NCBI GenBank assembly: GCA_004431415.1 | Contig: QPMI01000297.1 | Span: 1-64,000 of the forward strand | Direction: 5' to 3' | From: Cyanophora paradoxa CCMP329 | Taxonomy: Eukaryota; Plantae; Glaucophyta | Length of the DNA stretch: 64,000 nucleotides | In this document: positions 23,932 to 37,181 of the stretch, one piece after another | Numbering within the stretch: the first letter of the stretch is position 1 | Layout of the letters: each line of letters begins with the position of its first letter | Notes under the pieces: generated by a model | The model's database searches: none | The model's input: the letters and a program-made list of their open reading frames with translations, nothing else | Told to the model about the DNA's origin: nothing | Program-made: the position numbers and the translations under genes

Positions 23932-24455
23932 CCCGCCACGGCAGCGCTAGCTATGAGCGTTTGCCTACACGGCGGAGCACCGTGCGCTTGTCCGGGGTGA
24001 TGCTCAGAAGCGCGCTGTTTTCGGCCACTTTCTGTTAGATGGTCTACCCATCAACGGGGGGGGGGGGGATGTAGCTCTGCGCAGCTTATATTTAATTTCG
24101 CAACTAGCTGTACTGACTCGGAGACGCTAGATCTGTAGCTAGATCTGGCCATATGCATGCATATAAATGGTTCGAGCACGATCATCGATATCGAGCTCGA
24201 GCAAAAGAAGAAAGAGCCGGCTGCAGCTGCAACTGCCAGATCAGGCTCCCCTTAGGGCTGGACTCCATAAAAATATAAGGGCTGGCCAAGCGCGAGCTCG
24301 GTGGAGTGGTCCCGTGGCAACGCAGAACAATATACATTCCACGCTTGTAGCCCGGACGTTGCGATTGAGTTCGTGTCCAAACGCTGTAAAAACTACAATC
24401 CTGAAACAAGGGGAGCTAGAGGGAGGCTTTCGCAAAGATGTTGAAGGTTTCGGTT

Positions 24456-25081
24456 TCAGGATTTTCTCTTCAGCCTGAATTCGGCCAGCCAATCCTGGTT
24501 GTTGCGGATCCCGGTTCCTGAGCAACGGCGGCACGTCTCCCGGCCATCGCCCAAGCACTGCGGGCATGTAACTGTGTCCCGTCCATCCTCGGGGCCGACC
24601 CGCACGGTCCCCTGTTCGCGGCAGAAGAGGCACTGCGACCGGCAACCATGTGAGCGGCAGCGTTTGAGTCTATAATGCCCGGCGAGCGCACCCTGATGTA
24701 GCCGCGCGAAAGGCACACCATGCACGGCTTTCCACTCGACGATTCCTGCGAAAGATAGCGAGGTCGGGGGACCGACCGGTCGACAGGCTGCGACAGCGCG
24801 TGCACGCGCGCACGAACCGATGCGCCGGAGTTGGAGGACGACTGCGGGACGGCGGGCTCAGCGACGCCCGCTGCGTTGCTGGAGTTGGAGGCTTCGAAGG
24901 ACACGCCGGCTTTGGAGCCGCTCTGCGCGCGAGCGCCGCCCGTGGTCGCGACGGAGGGAACGCCGGCCTCGGCGCGGATATGGAGTCTGGAGCGCGAGCA
25001 GCAGATGGACGGGGATGCGGGAACGCTGCTGCCACGCATCCACGTGCCAGGCGCTGGGCATGTGAAAGCTGTGTTGTTCAT
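24456..25081 (-). CDS. Plastid-targeted DnaJ-type cysteine-rich zinc-finger protein (DnaJ-E family)
   Basis: Transit-peptide-like MNNTAFTCPAP..., then four CxxC(xGxG) motifs: CMVC, CLFC, CPQCLGDG, CRRCSGTG. Confidence 0.75.
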
Positions 25082-25242
25082 GGCCTCTCCCGCTCTGGCC
25101 GTGTCTGAAGTACACTTCTTCGTGCGGCCGGAAGCGTCCTGTCGAGACCTTGTCGACGGGGATTCGACGGGACGGGTACGTGTAACAGTTTTCGAAAAAA
25201 GTTGGCTGTTCACTAGTCGCACCGCGGCGTGGCCTCGAGCAG

Positions 25243-27534
25243 ATGGCGGCCGCACTAAGCGAGAGCGCAATGCTGGAAGCTCGCCGGGTGAGCTCGTTCC
25301 GCGAACGCCTGCTGGAGCTGGATGCGTCGTTGTCCGCGCTAGCCGGGGCGGCTCTGGGCAGCGCCAAGGACGCCTTGCGGCTCGGGGCGTCCAGTGCGGG
25401 CCACGTCGAGCCGCTCTCCCGGCCCGCTCCGCGCACGCCAGACCGCTCGCACACAGCTTCGCTGTTGTTCTCGCCCAACGACGCCCACAGCACGCGCTCC
25501 GGCCCCAGCGCCAGTAGCGAACTGGGCGTTCAGCAGCGGCGGCCACCGTCACCATCACTGCCCCAGGACATCCAAGCTATTATGCTTCGTCACTCATTCG
25601 ACAAGGAACGCCACGCGAACTCTAGCCGCGGCTCCAGCCCCCTCAGGAACGCCATGCCACTCACGCAAACTTCCCTTGTCTCCGTCACACGCATGCCTCA
25701 GCCCACCTCGGCAAGCGGGGCCAGCCCGTTGCGGAGCGCGCTGCCCCTCGCCCAGACGTCCCTTTCATCGCTCCCTCGGATGGCACAGTCAAGCTCAGCG
25801 GCCCTGCCCCCGCACGTGGAGGACCCGAGCCACACCAGTGCTGCTATCAGGCCCGTCGCGACGTACTCGGAGGTCCGTTCGCATTGCGCACACCTAAGGC
25901 GTGCCCAGGTAATTGCGGCTTATTCAAAGCCCGCAGGACTTCATCCAAGAACTGCAGCGGCAACACAAATCTAGGATAGACGAGATGCAAGAAAGTGCGC
26001 AGCAGCTTCTTCGAAGGTGCGTCTGCAGGAGCCCCCCATTCTCGGTTCACAGTCTCATGCCCACCCCAGAAAAGAAGAAGAGATTACGCTTCTAACGGAG
26101 GCACGACCTGCCACACTCTTGAAGCGTTTGCGTTGATGCCCTAACCTTGCCGTGGCAGCGATTCCGAGATCTTCAGAACATGAAGGCTGAGTCAGACAAT
26201 AGATCGACGGATCTGGAGAGGATGTACGAACAGAAGCTGAGCGAACTGCTTAAGCGAGAAACGAAGCAGGAGATTGAGGTTCAGCACTTTGCAAGGAGTG
26301 CGTTGTGCCCAGACTTGGCATTGCTGAATCCAAACGGGAAACTGACTGAGGCAACAGAGCAAGCGGAGACCTACGAGGAGGACCTTTCGGCTCTTAAACA
26401 ACGTTACGAGCGTGAAATCGAGAAGCTGATTATGGAGCATAAAGACGAAATGGAGCGGAAGCTCCACGAAGCTCGGCGGCAGGCTGAATTGAAGGAGCAG
26501 GCAATTGCTCTTTCTAGCTACGGGCGCGCCGGACACTACTCTCCTTACCCGTGCTGCAGGCTATGTGCGAGAATTTTCGGACTCAGCATGAGCTTATGGA
26601 ACAGACTTTTGCTGGTGCGGCACACGCAGCCCCTGCCTCGCTGATGGCCGACGGGGCACGGCATTGCAGAGAAATTGAAAGAGAGTCAAACACAGTACCT
26701 TGCTCACATATCGGACCTTCACCGCTGTCTGAATCAGGAGTCCCAACGTTTAACAACTGCCCGTGAGGATCTCACAAGCTCAGCGATGGCTCATCGTAAT
26801 GAGATAATGGCTCAGCAAGTTCGCATCGATGAGCTGCTGCGAGATGCAGCAGAGCGGGAAAAGGTTCACTCACGCGCCCTCAACAAGCTCCAGGATGAGC
26901 TAGCCCATGCGACTGCGGATTTCAAGAAGAAAGAGGTGAGGGAGAAGGCTTGGCCTGTGCCTGCATGTGTGCCGATCACTTCGCAGATGGACTACCAGAC
27001 TCTACTGAGGTTCATCAGGCAGGAGGCAGCTCTGGAGAAGGAGCAGCAGGCCGCACTCCTGGTGAAGAAGGAAAGGCGTATCGAAGACCTTTCAGCCCGT
27101 GTGAAGGAGCTTACAGCACAGCAATCCGCCTGGAGTGAGCAGGTGGAGCACCTGAACACGTCATTGGACAAGAATCACCTCACAACCCAGAAGCACATTC
27201 AACAGAATAAAGATCTGTGCGAGCTTGTGAGGACTCTCCAGGTGCAGGACTGACATCGTCAGAGGGGCTGGCTCCGGCCAGTTCCTCTGAGTCAAAATGC
27301 ATTGACCCACACACCTCAGCGGGACCTGAGCCTGGCGCAATCAGAGCTAAGCCTGGGCGAAAGTGAATTAAATCGGCTGCGTAACGAAAGTGCGTGCAGC
27401 CTAGAATTAAAATAAACCAGCACTCTCTTCGCATTCAAGAGTTAATTCACTTTCGCCCAGACTCTGCGCTTTCAAAAGAACTCCAACGCTTGGATCAAAT
27501 TCTGTATGGTAGCAAGCCACGAAAGCAGCGTTGA
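25243..27534 (+). CDS. Uncharacterised long coiled-coil protein (multi-exon)
   Basis: Ser/Pro-rich N-terminus followed by E/K/Q/L heptad-rich exons joined by short introns; ends ELQRLDQILYGSKPRKQR*. Confidence 0.7.
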
Positions 27535-27723
27535 GAGCATTTGAAAACAGAGAGTTTCTTTCATCGGATTAAGATTGCACCCCATTTCCCAATATTTTGT
27601 TATCTTCGGCTGGACTCAAGCATTCGGACGTGAATTTTAAATGCAATGACTCAGTTTTAAAAGCACTCGGTTTTTGGGAGGTCGGGACATTTCATTTTGG
27701 CCTAGGGTGGACACCCGAACACC

Positions 27724-28200
27724 CCCAAACAGCACGGGTATAGTTGAAGCGTTGACGGTCTAGGAGTGGTCCCGCGCGCCCGTAGCTTAGAAAGAGCAGT
27801 GATCACTTCAACGGTTGCTTGCGAGCTGCAGACCCCGCGCTGTGGCGGGCCGGGTCCCGGGCCCTAACGATCGCGAGGGGAATTCGAAAGGGGAATGGGA
27901 GCTTGCAGCTGGGTACCGGTGTATCGTAGTAGCTGCAGTTGGGCGAGCTGCAGACCCTGCGCTGTGGCGGGCCGGGTCCCGGGCCCTAACGATCGCGAGG
28001 GGAATTCGAAAGGTGCACGGAAGCGATTTCATCTTTGGCTAATATTATATTATTATTAATGCTATATTAATGCTCCGATCCCCTTTTCTCCATCAGGGCA
28101 CCAGTCCCTGCGGGTTACGCTCTATCCCAAACAGCACGGGTATAGTTGAAGCGTTGACGGTCTAGGAGTGGTCCCGCGCGCCCGTAGCTTAGAAAGAGCA
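27724..28200. repeat. A-B-B-A composite repeat (A = 75 bp identical at 27724-27798 and 28126-28200; B = 71 bp at 27821-27891 and 27943-28013)
   Basis: Direct sequence comparison; the B copies differ by one base. Confidence 0.92.
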
Positions 28201-28268
28201 AATGCTTTGATTTGGTGATAGCTTTCGATACTCTGATTATTGTTTGGTGATAATTGGTATAGACTAGA

Positions 28269-31203
28269 CTAACTACTGCAACTCAATGATTCACGAAGCC
28301 AATTCTTCTGCGGGCTAAATTCCTCGCCCTTCTCAGTCTTCCCAACCTCCTTTGCTTGGCAAACCGAACAGAACCAGGGGGCTGGTGGCAAGTTCTCAGG
28401 GTCAACCTGAGCAGCAGAATGCAGATCAACGCAGAGACAAAGACAGCCACAAGCACATACACATAGCATACCCCAATGCAGTCGAGATGGAAGGCACGCG
28501 GGCATCCATCACAGCTTTGAAACAATCAGCACGTTACTGAAAGAAAAGAAGAAACTTCTCAAACAAACCAGAGGAGATGCCCTTCAGTCCCTCTACACGT
28601 ATCACACCAGTCGTTGTTCGGATCAGAGTCGCCATCATCTGCCTGATGTATACCACCAATCGGGAGCTTGGCAGACGCACTGCCAGCAACCTCGAGCGGC
28701 GCATCGGGCTCAGAGCGTGGAGGGATGCGCCGTTGGTCTCCATCCAAAGGTTCGAGTTCTGAAACAGCACTGCTCGTTATGAGCCCGTCGTCCGAGGCGG
28801 CCATGGACAAGACCAGTGGAGGAACATCGCATGGCGGGCACAAATGACGGCTGGATGCGTCTGCTGAATGAGGCGTCTCGTCTGTGAGCACGGAGATTCC
28901 CGGTGAGGAAAGGATGAGGCTCGGGGAGTGAATCGTCCGGGCTCCTGAAAGTTCTGATGAGGTGAAGCTCAACGCAGCTCCAGACATCAAGGGAGACTCT
29001 GCCTGCCGACCGAGCGCCGCTTGAACAGCTGCCATCTCTGGCGTGGCACCACTAGCAAAAGTCCCAGATCGAAGGGGCGTTGTCAGCCCGAGCAGCCGTC
29101 CAGTCGAGTCTTCTTCGGGCTGGACGAGAGTCACGTGACATCCAAGTGCAACGGAAATCGGGCGTACGGGGGAGAGAAACTCGAAACCACTCGGTAGGTG
29201 AGGAAGAGATGGCGTGGAAGGGGTTGCGAGAGGAGCCTGTGGGGGTGTGTGTGGTGGTAATGTGAGGTGAGACTGCAGGCCGACAGCTGTGTTCTCTTGC
29301 TGCCCCTGCGATGCACCCTCCAGAGCGCGAACCTCTGGCAAAGGGTTTGATTCCTGGTAGAAGCAGTTTAAACCAACTGGGCACCATGAAACGAAAACAA
29401 CGTACGAGACTGGTGCCAGGGACATCGCGAGCGAGAGGGGTGCTCGACAACGAGTCTCCTGAAGCTTCAAGGCCGTTCGATACAGTCGACGAGGGTGCGG
29501 AAACTGGGGCGGGTGGTGGAGGTGGGATAGCGAGGGCAGGAAGTGAAGGCGACGCAAGAACTTCTGCGATTGGGGCGGGAGCCATCGGGGCTGGTGGCTG
29601 AGCAAGGCACGTAAGAGGGGGACCCATACAGGCAAAGAGGACATGCATACCTCGAGGGATAATGCCAAAGATGCACGAGTGCGCTTGATGTAGTCGTTCC
29701 AGGACGTCAAGTGGGCATCGATGGCAAGCCGGCGTGCCTCCAGCACCCGCCGCACCATGGCAGCAAGCAACTGCTTGTCCTGAACGCTGAGATCAGCTTC
29801 TATGTCCCACAGAATGGCGAGAGCATCAACGCACACGCTCGAGCTCAGCGAGATGCCGCGCATTCAAGCGCTTCACCCATTCCGACAACTGCGCCAGCTG
29901 CACCCACCCAGGCTGCACCTCGCGCTGCGGCAGAGTTAAGAGGTCACCAGGCAGGAAAGGAGGAACACGACGTGCCTGCTGGTGCAGGATGAGGCGGCTG
30001 AGATTCTCAGTCTGCGCTGCCCCCAGAGCATCGATGTACATGGTGCGAGCACTCATAACCTCCATTGTCTGAGCCGAGTGAGCAGTAAGAGCAGGAAAAG
30101 AGGGGGAGGGGGGTTTGGGGGTTGCGAGGGGAAGGAGGAGGGTGAGGGGTAGCGAGGGGAAGGAGGGGGGGGGGGGGGGGGTGGAGGAGGGGGTAGGGAA
30201 AAGAGAGAGGGGGAGCGGGCGGGAGGAGTGGATAGAGAGGGGGGGCGATCACCTCGTCCTCTTGATGGCACACGAGATCCATGAGCTCGGTATGTTGCCT
30301 CGCCAATATTTCCTGAACTGAGACGAAGTGCTCGGACCCGAGCGGGGCCTCGTTCTGCAAAGCAAGCTCTTCCTCTGTGGGCTCCCGAGGAGGCGGTGGC
30401 GCTGGTGGAGGCACTGTTGAGCGCATCGGCACATGCGGTGGGGGCTGCAGTGGCCCACTTCCTCCAGCCCCGGCGGCGGTGGATCGTTTTTCAACTGCTT
30501 TTGTATCTGGCTGGTTGCTCGTTGACCCGCGGCCCGCTGGAGGTCGCCCGACGCCATTGGAGTCCCCGGGTTGCCTCAAAGTATGAGACCGGCCACCCGA
30601 GGATGAGCCGTGCCCGGGAGGGCGACCCCGGCTCCAACTCCCGTTCGACTGCTGGGGAGGTCGAAGCGGCTGGTGCGGTTTGGGTGGGGGGGGAGGCTGG
30701 TATGCGCGACCGGCCGCCGGAACGGAGGGTGGAGGGCTGGCTGAGACAGGGACGGTGGGGATCACCGCGGGGACGGTTGGAATGACCGCCGGAACCGTAG
30801 CTATTGGGCCGGAGTGAGGCGGAAGAGCGGAAGATACAGGAGGAGGTACCACGGCCAGCGGGGAGGAGCCAAGCATGAGAACGTGCGAGTTTGCCCCTGC
30901 GCCCGGGGGAATGGAAGGAGGGAGCGAGCTTGGCCGGGAGGCAACCGCTCCGGATGCGAGGATGTGCTCCATGCACGATGCGGGGCCGCCGGAGGAGCTC
31001 GGCAGTGCAACGGTAGCGGCCGCGCCGGGCGGCGGGCCGGGGCCGGTGCCGGAGCTTACAATCCCTGCCCCAGGCCAGTCGGGAAGGCGGACGGTTCTTT
31101 CCGCTCCAGCTTCCACGAGGTCAGGGGGCCGTGGCGTGGCCGGAGGAACGCTCGGATCCGCATCTGCTACTCCTTCCAGCTTCGGGCGCTTCTCCGCTCG
31201 CAT
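28269..31203 (-). CDS. Pro-rich protein with C-terminal PHD finger
   Basis: NNDWCDTCRGTEGHLL|CDGCPRAFHLDCIG|VDPENLPPAPWFCSVC is a C4HC3 PHD finger; NLS-like EKRPKL at the start. Confidence 0.8.
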
Positions 31204-32203
31204 CGTGGGGCGCTGCGCCGGAGCGCTCGCGCCCAATCTCAAGCGCGCCCAAACGCGCCTGATGCCGCTGCTCAATCAAGGCTGGAGCTATGCCGCTGTG
31301 ATTTCTTTTGCCAGCGACGGGAGGCTTTGCAATGAACAACGCAGCGGCTCCGCGCTCGCTAAACGAGGGGGCGGCTTCGGCGCTCGCTGGCGCCTTGCGT
31401 AGCGCGCAGAGCTGTACCCCCGTGTGAGATCAAATTTCATCGAAATTCATACCGTGCGCGCCGGCAGGCGCGCTATTTCCGCCGCCCGCAGCTATATATT
31501 GCCCACAATTACGTGATCACCGCCGCCGTTTGACGTCTCGCTCTGGCTTGCGTTCAGCAATAATTATATATATATAATATTGACACATGTACATATAAAC
31601 GTACATGTACACGTGCACCCCGCGCTCTGGCGCTGGCAGGCCACTGGGCCTGGGCCACCCGCCGGGCCGGCCCAATCCTGCGTGCGCTTTTCAGCGAGCA
31701 GCACCCACATCGGGCAACAGTGTGCTCTCTGCGCTCTCTTCGATTTTGATATTAGCTATCATAGACTTCGATTTACATTTCAGAAATTTGATTTCGATCT
31801 GACCCAACGACCGTGCCCGCTCGCAGGCGAATCAGCGCTATCTCTGTATCTGTCTGTATCTGTATCTCTGTGTGCACCGTGGCACAGTCTACTCCAGCAC
31901 CCGTGCACGTGTGCTCACATATTCGAGTGCATTTGGGCGCAGGCCTGGCCAGTTCTACGCCTAGCGAGCGTAGATCTAGACAGCCGCTGAGCATTATTTG
32001 ATTGTTGTATACATTCTGTCAACGCTCTACTTTCAAGTTTAGACCCCACCTTGCACCTCCTGAGACAAGCGGGGGCGGGGGCGAGTCGAAGACCTCGTAA
32101 GCAATTGAGATTTAGGACACCGCTAGCTTTTCCGCTGGTCTTCATCCAAAGGTTCGAGCCCTGAAACAGCACTGCTCGTTATGAGCCCGTCCTCCCAGAA
32201 TCG

Positions 32204-35200
32204 CTATGAAAGCATCTGAGAAAGGAAGGTGCTGATCTGGGAGACGAGCTGCTTGTCCTACGTTGCCCCGGCCACAATGAGCGACCTCGCACACTCGCCA
32301 TGCGTTGCAAGAAAAGCACCTTCTTTACATCTTGGACCTTCTTTTGCTGCATGTTGAGGATGCGAGTAGCGATGGCATCCAGCTCCAGCCGCCCCCGTTC
32401 ATTCACTTCATCTGTTCGGCTGCTGTTAGGCAGTTCAAAGAGAACTACGATCCCATCAATGCAGACCAAATGCACGAGAGAGGTTGATTGCCTCTTCCCT
32501 CAGCAGTTCTATGTCTGTGTTGATTTGCTTCTGTGCCTTGCTGCGGTTCAGCAGAGCTCGCTTGAAGTCCCCAGCATCGTTTTGAAGGCTCTTGATCTCA
32601 GCTGTGAGTGTGGCCATCAATATTTTAATGGACTCTTTGGTTCCTTTGATAAAACACATTGCCTTACCCAAGAAGCTTGCTGAAAGTCTCTGCTGTTGAG
32701 CATTGTATTTCGATGCCAGCACATCTCTGCAAACATGTGAACGATGAAATCGGAAATTTGCGAGAGGGCAAGCAAGCTTCAAAACACGAGCCTTTGTTTC
32801 TGGGTTCGGTCACTCGCAGAGGCACACACTGCAGAGAGCTGAGCTTCAGCTTGCTTCGTAACCGTCACGATCCTCGCGTGCTTCTTGGATGCGGCTTTCG
32901 CAACAGCGTCCTGAATAACTGCAGGAGAGAGACTCATCAAGCCGCCATGGGTTTCCATTCAGTCTTCTAGAGGACAGACCTCGGAGGATGTGGCCCACGC
33001 TGTCATCCTTAGTCGCTCCGCGCTCCATACCATCGTCCGACAGGCTCTCTTTGCAAACTGTGAGATACCGAAATGTTTTGAGCTTGTTACACATACCATC
33101 GGCAGTCTCCCGCTCGGTCTCTTCTTCCACCTGCACAGGCGACGAGAAGCTCACAGTCGAACGCTCTGGGCGGAAACAGTCAAAAGGAGGACGAACGAGG
33201 CTGGGGGCAGGCATAAGCACGTGAACCAGCTCCCATCCTCTTGCTGCGAGGGCCAGCACCACTTCTCTCCTGCAAACGCTCTTCTGGTAAATTGGGTGCT
33301 GTCTCAACTGTTGAAGTGCGACCATTGGTCTTCTCCAAATCATCCCAATCTGGGAGGGATGGCTCTTCAAGCATGGCTGCGTCACGATCTCGTTTCGAAG
33401 AAGACAGTTTTAGAGAAGGAGGTTTGGTGGTCCCCAGAGAGCCGCTGGCAGGTGCCGATTCTGTGGTTCGAACTCTGACAGCCGCTGGTTTAGCTGGTTT
33501 GGCGGCCTTCCTTGGTGTCACGTCTTGCTCTGTGAAAGAATAAGCAGGTTGAAAACCTGTGCCCGCAACCAGGTACGTGCACCTTGCACTGGCCGTTTAC
33601 GTTTGGGCCCTGGCACTTTTGCAACGATAGCAGTTGTCTTCTTGGATTCCACAGCACGTGAACTCCCCTGATGGCCGGCATCAGCATGACAAAGGAAGCA
33701 CGGGGAAGAATGCTCAAAGAAGCGAGCCTCAGAAGCATCGCCAGGACCTGCATTGGTGGCAATCTTGCTGGAGGCACGCCCCGTTTGCTGAGTGAATATT
33801 ACTTAGTGCGATATTCATGGTCGTCCCTTCATCAAAACGAGAGCTTACCTTGCGTCCTCTGGGCATGGGTTCTGGCACGCGTGGTTCGCCAGAAGCTATC
33901 CTGGCATGTGTCGACATGTCAAAGGAAATAACCAAACATAGAATGTTTTCTCAACCCACTCTGACGATTGCAGCGGCGCTGCCTTTGCCTCGCCTGTCAC
34001 GATGTCTGCAAGGCGGACTCCAGGCTTCCCGCGACCTGCATCTACCTGGTGGACTCCTGCCTCGGCACTGGACTGCAAAGCACTGGGCTGAGATCCTCTT
34101 GGGGCTTTGGCTGCAGCGTTTCCTGACACAGCGCTAGCATCGCGAGATGATCTCGAGTCCTCCGCTTCAAGAGCTGGTTCTGGGGCCACTGCAGAGCATA
34201 ATTTACCTTCTGAAAAAGGAAGCATCGGAGGCGGGGCACCCGTTTTCGGAGCAGGGTTCTGCTCCTTGGCAATCTCGTTGACAGGAGATGGCGGCTCTCC
34301 CTGCTCTTGGGCTCCAACCGATTTGTGATCCTCCTTGGCAATGTCGCCTACAGGAGACGAAAGCTTTCCCTGCTCTTGAACTTCGACCGATTTCTCGACT
34401 GCACCCGAGGTCCCCTGGCGAAATTGAAGAGCTTGCCGGTGCTTTGGTCCTTGGCGCAGCACGGCTCGAGAAACCTGACGCATGATGTAACTGAAAGTTG
34501 TTGGCAGAAGAACCTTCGTATGTGCACCTTGGTGAACTCAGAATGGGGTTTCTCGGACTGCTCGCTTACATTCTTCCTTCGATTGTCCTTCCAAGTTCAA
34601 GAGGAAAAGGTTGTCAGCATCGGCACCGATTTCGATTGCAGTGCAAGTCACCTGCTCCGAGGGCAGGGCCACTCTCGACCCTTCAGCAGGTAGAAACATC
34701 GGTCCGTCTTCCTGATTTTTGTGCGCCTGATGTTCGTTATTTTTTAAGAATTTCTTTAAAAATGCAGTTAATGCATGGGCAAGCATACCACTTGCTCATC
34801 TCGCGACTTGACGATCTGCCCACTCGCCCACTTGACGCCTGCAGATGCTGTATTGCGGCGCATGAGTACTGCTGGTTCGTACAAAGAGCACCCTGGAGCA
34901 CCATGTGGCGCTATTGGGAAGGTGATCGTGGCTTCCAGCCCGGTTTTCCGGCAGTCGTGCAGTAGTCCATCGTATCCACTGTCAGTAAGCTGATGCTACG
35001 TGATCAGCTGCCGATGAAAAACGCAGTGCCAAAGCAATAAGAAAGCGAACCTGCAAGGAGATGTTATTGCCAGATTTGCTCATCCTATGCACACCATGGT
35101 ACATCAAGTCGATACGGGCCGGCTGCACCCGAAGTGAGACCCTGGCCAAGGCAAACTGCAATACGGAACAAGCAAACGCACATTGTTATTGTCCAGGTAA

Positions 35201-36958
35201 TTGATTGAAAACCCAGAGAGGCCAAAGTCGATCCAGCACGACTCAAAATGTTCCGATCCACACACCACTTTTGGGGAACTCACACTGTACACCCTGTTCA
35301 CGGCACATCGACAATAAACAGATGCTAGAAGAGCCCCGAAAATAATAATATCATAAATGCACGTTCTCTCCGGACCATAAGATGCATTGAGTTCATTCAA
35401 GAATATCCGGACGCTCTGTTTTGAGCAATCAATGGGTATGTGGGCAAAAGCAGGCCAACAAACTTTGAGAAAGCATAACAGGACACTCGCACACAAACCT
35501 TGTAGAACCCAAGGTGCTGATCTGTGCTGATGTCACCCCAGGCTTTGAGAACTTGTGGTTGCTGGAAGGCTGCAGCAGCTGCCGCCCGAAGGGCTTCTTC
35601 GATTTCTCCTCGCTTTGTACTAACGCGGACCAGCAGCTCTACACGGAAAAGGTTAAGTATACGTTAAGTATACACGGAAACGGAAAAAAACGTTCTAGAT
35701 GTAAAGTGCAGGACACAGGCACCGATAATTGATCCCTGTGTAGCATAATCCCCCGCTAATCGAATTTCATTTACAAGCTGCTCAAACAGCGTCAGCACAA
35801 AAATGGTAGCTTTTTTATTCGCAATAATCACATTTGACAGGAGTCGACCTTCCAGTATAATGCCGGCCAGGAGCTGTCCGGGTCAGTGCAAGTAAGTAGT
35901 TCATCCAAAAACCTCGAAAAAAAGCAACCTGGAAGCCTCACAACTTGGATAAAGGAAGGGAAAAACGTTCACCTCTTTATTGGGGCGGCATTTTTCGACC
36001 AGTGATGTCAGAACTGGGAAAATTGTTGTAAGGAAGGATTCGAAGCAGGGAGCGAGAAGGAAAAATCATACTTTCCACGGCCGTCCTGCGCACAGGAGAC
36101 TGCTCGCTTTTGTCAAGGAGGACTCCCAGCAACAAGTGCAGAAGTTGACCGAACGCCCTTTTTGCTGTGTTGTGAGTCAAGACATTCAATTACTCATGGC
36201 GTTACTTGCAGTGTAACAAAAACAGACAGTCAATGGAGGCATGTGTCAGATTCTGTGCAAGTAACAGCGTGTCCATCATGACTTCGAATTGGAAGCAAGG
36301 GTTGACCCGTCTTCGCCCAGCGAGGATTTTTTTGCATGATGTGATGACCTGTTCATAAGGTATTCAGGTCACCGAGAAGGATTTACAAGTGAATAAAACG
36401 AGCCTCCTGGACTGCGCGTGGCTCAGAGAGGCGCTCAAGCACTGCGTCTTCCTCCGTAAGCCTCACAACGCAATCAAATACTTCCACTAGGCGACCGCCG
36501 GTGTTTGGCTCGGAGGCACTTTGAAATGCGAGCGCAGCGATCTGCGTCGATGTCAACGTGCGGGTCGGATTCACACTGCGACCGAATGCCGTTCGTAGAC
36601 ACAGCACGTACTCGGTCGATGACGCTCAACAGCGTCTCTGCAAGAAGGTCCCTGTCCTGAGGGCCGCATTCGAAAGCCTGTTGCGGCCCTGCGAGAGGCG
36701 GCGCGGACCTTCTCGGTAACCGCAACGCCATGGCGCTCATAAGAGAGCGCATCCGCGTCGCCGGAAAGCTCGGGGGCACCACTCGAGAACCTGGCATGCG
36801 GAGTCGGCGCGGATTCCCCGGTGTTGCGCGCGCGATGTTTGAATGGGGAGCGACGAGAAATGATTCGAGAAAGCTCGACGACACGCGGAAGCTCGAAAGA
36901 CGGAAGGCGCGCCGCACCGCGAGAGAGCGCCGAGAAGCCCACCGTCCTGTAGCACCAT
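32204..36958 (-). CDS. SYCP2/Red1-type meiotic chromosome-axis protein (ARM-like + PH-like N-terminus, disordered middle, C-terminal coiled coil); start approximate
   Basis: Spliced LVNEIRLAGDYATQGSIIELLVRV...FYKSVRIFLNELNASYGPERTVYS...CWIDFG matches recalled SYCP2 motifs (AGDYxxQ..I.E.L.R; RIFLNxxN...RRVF; WIDFN). Coiled coil at 32.2-32.9 kb. Confidence 0.75.
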
Positions 36959-37181
36959 GCTGAACGACAGGGCAGCCACAGCGGGCTCCAAATCGGATGC
37001 GTACGCGCTGGAACGGTGCGGGTTTTGCGCCTGCACTTCCTGCGTTCTCGTACCCCGTTTCCTCTATTCACGTACCGTATGGATTTGTTAGTTGGTTATA
37101 TACATCGTTCAATGTGTTATATATATAATCGTAAACAGCCTGGCCGCGCCCAACCAAATCGTAATTGAAATCAAAGTGAGT

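Noticed and set aside
27724-28200. CRISPR array, tRNA or snoRNA
   Set aside because: Only two copies of each unit, no spacer periodicity, no cloverleaf or convincing box motifs.
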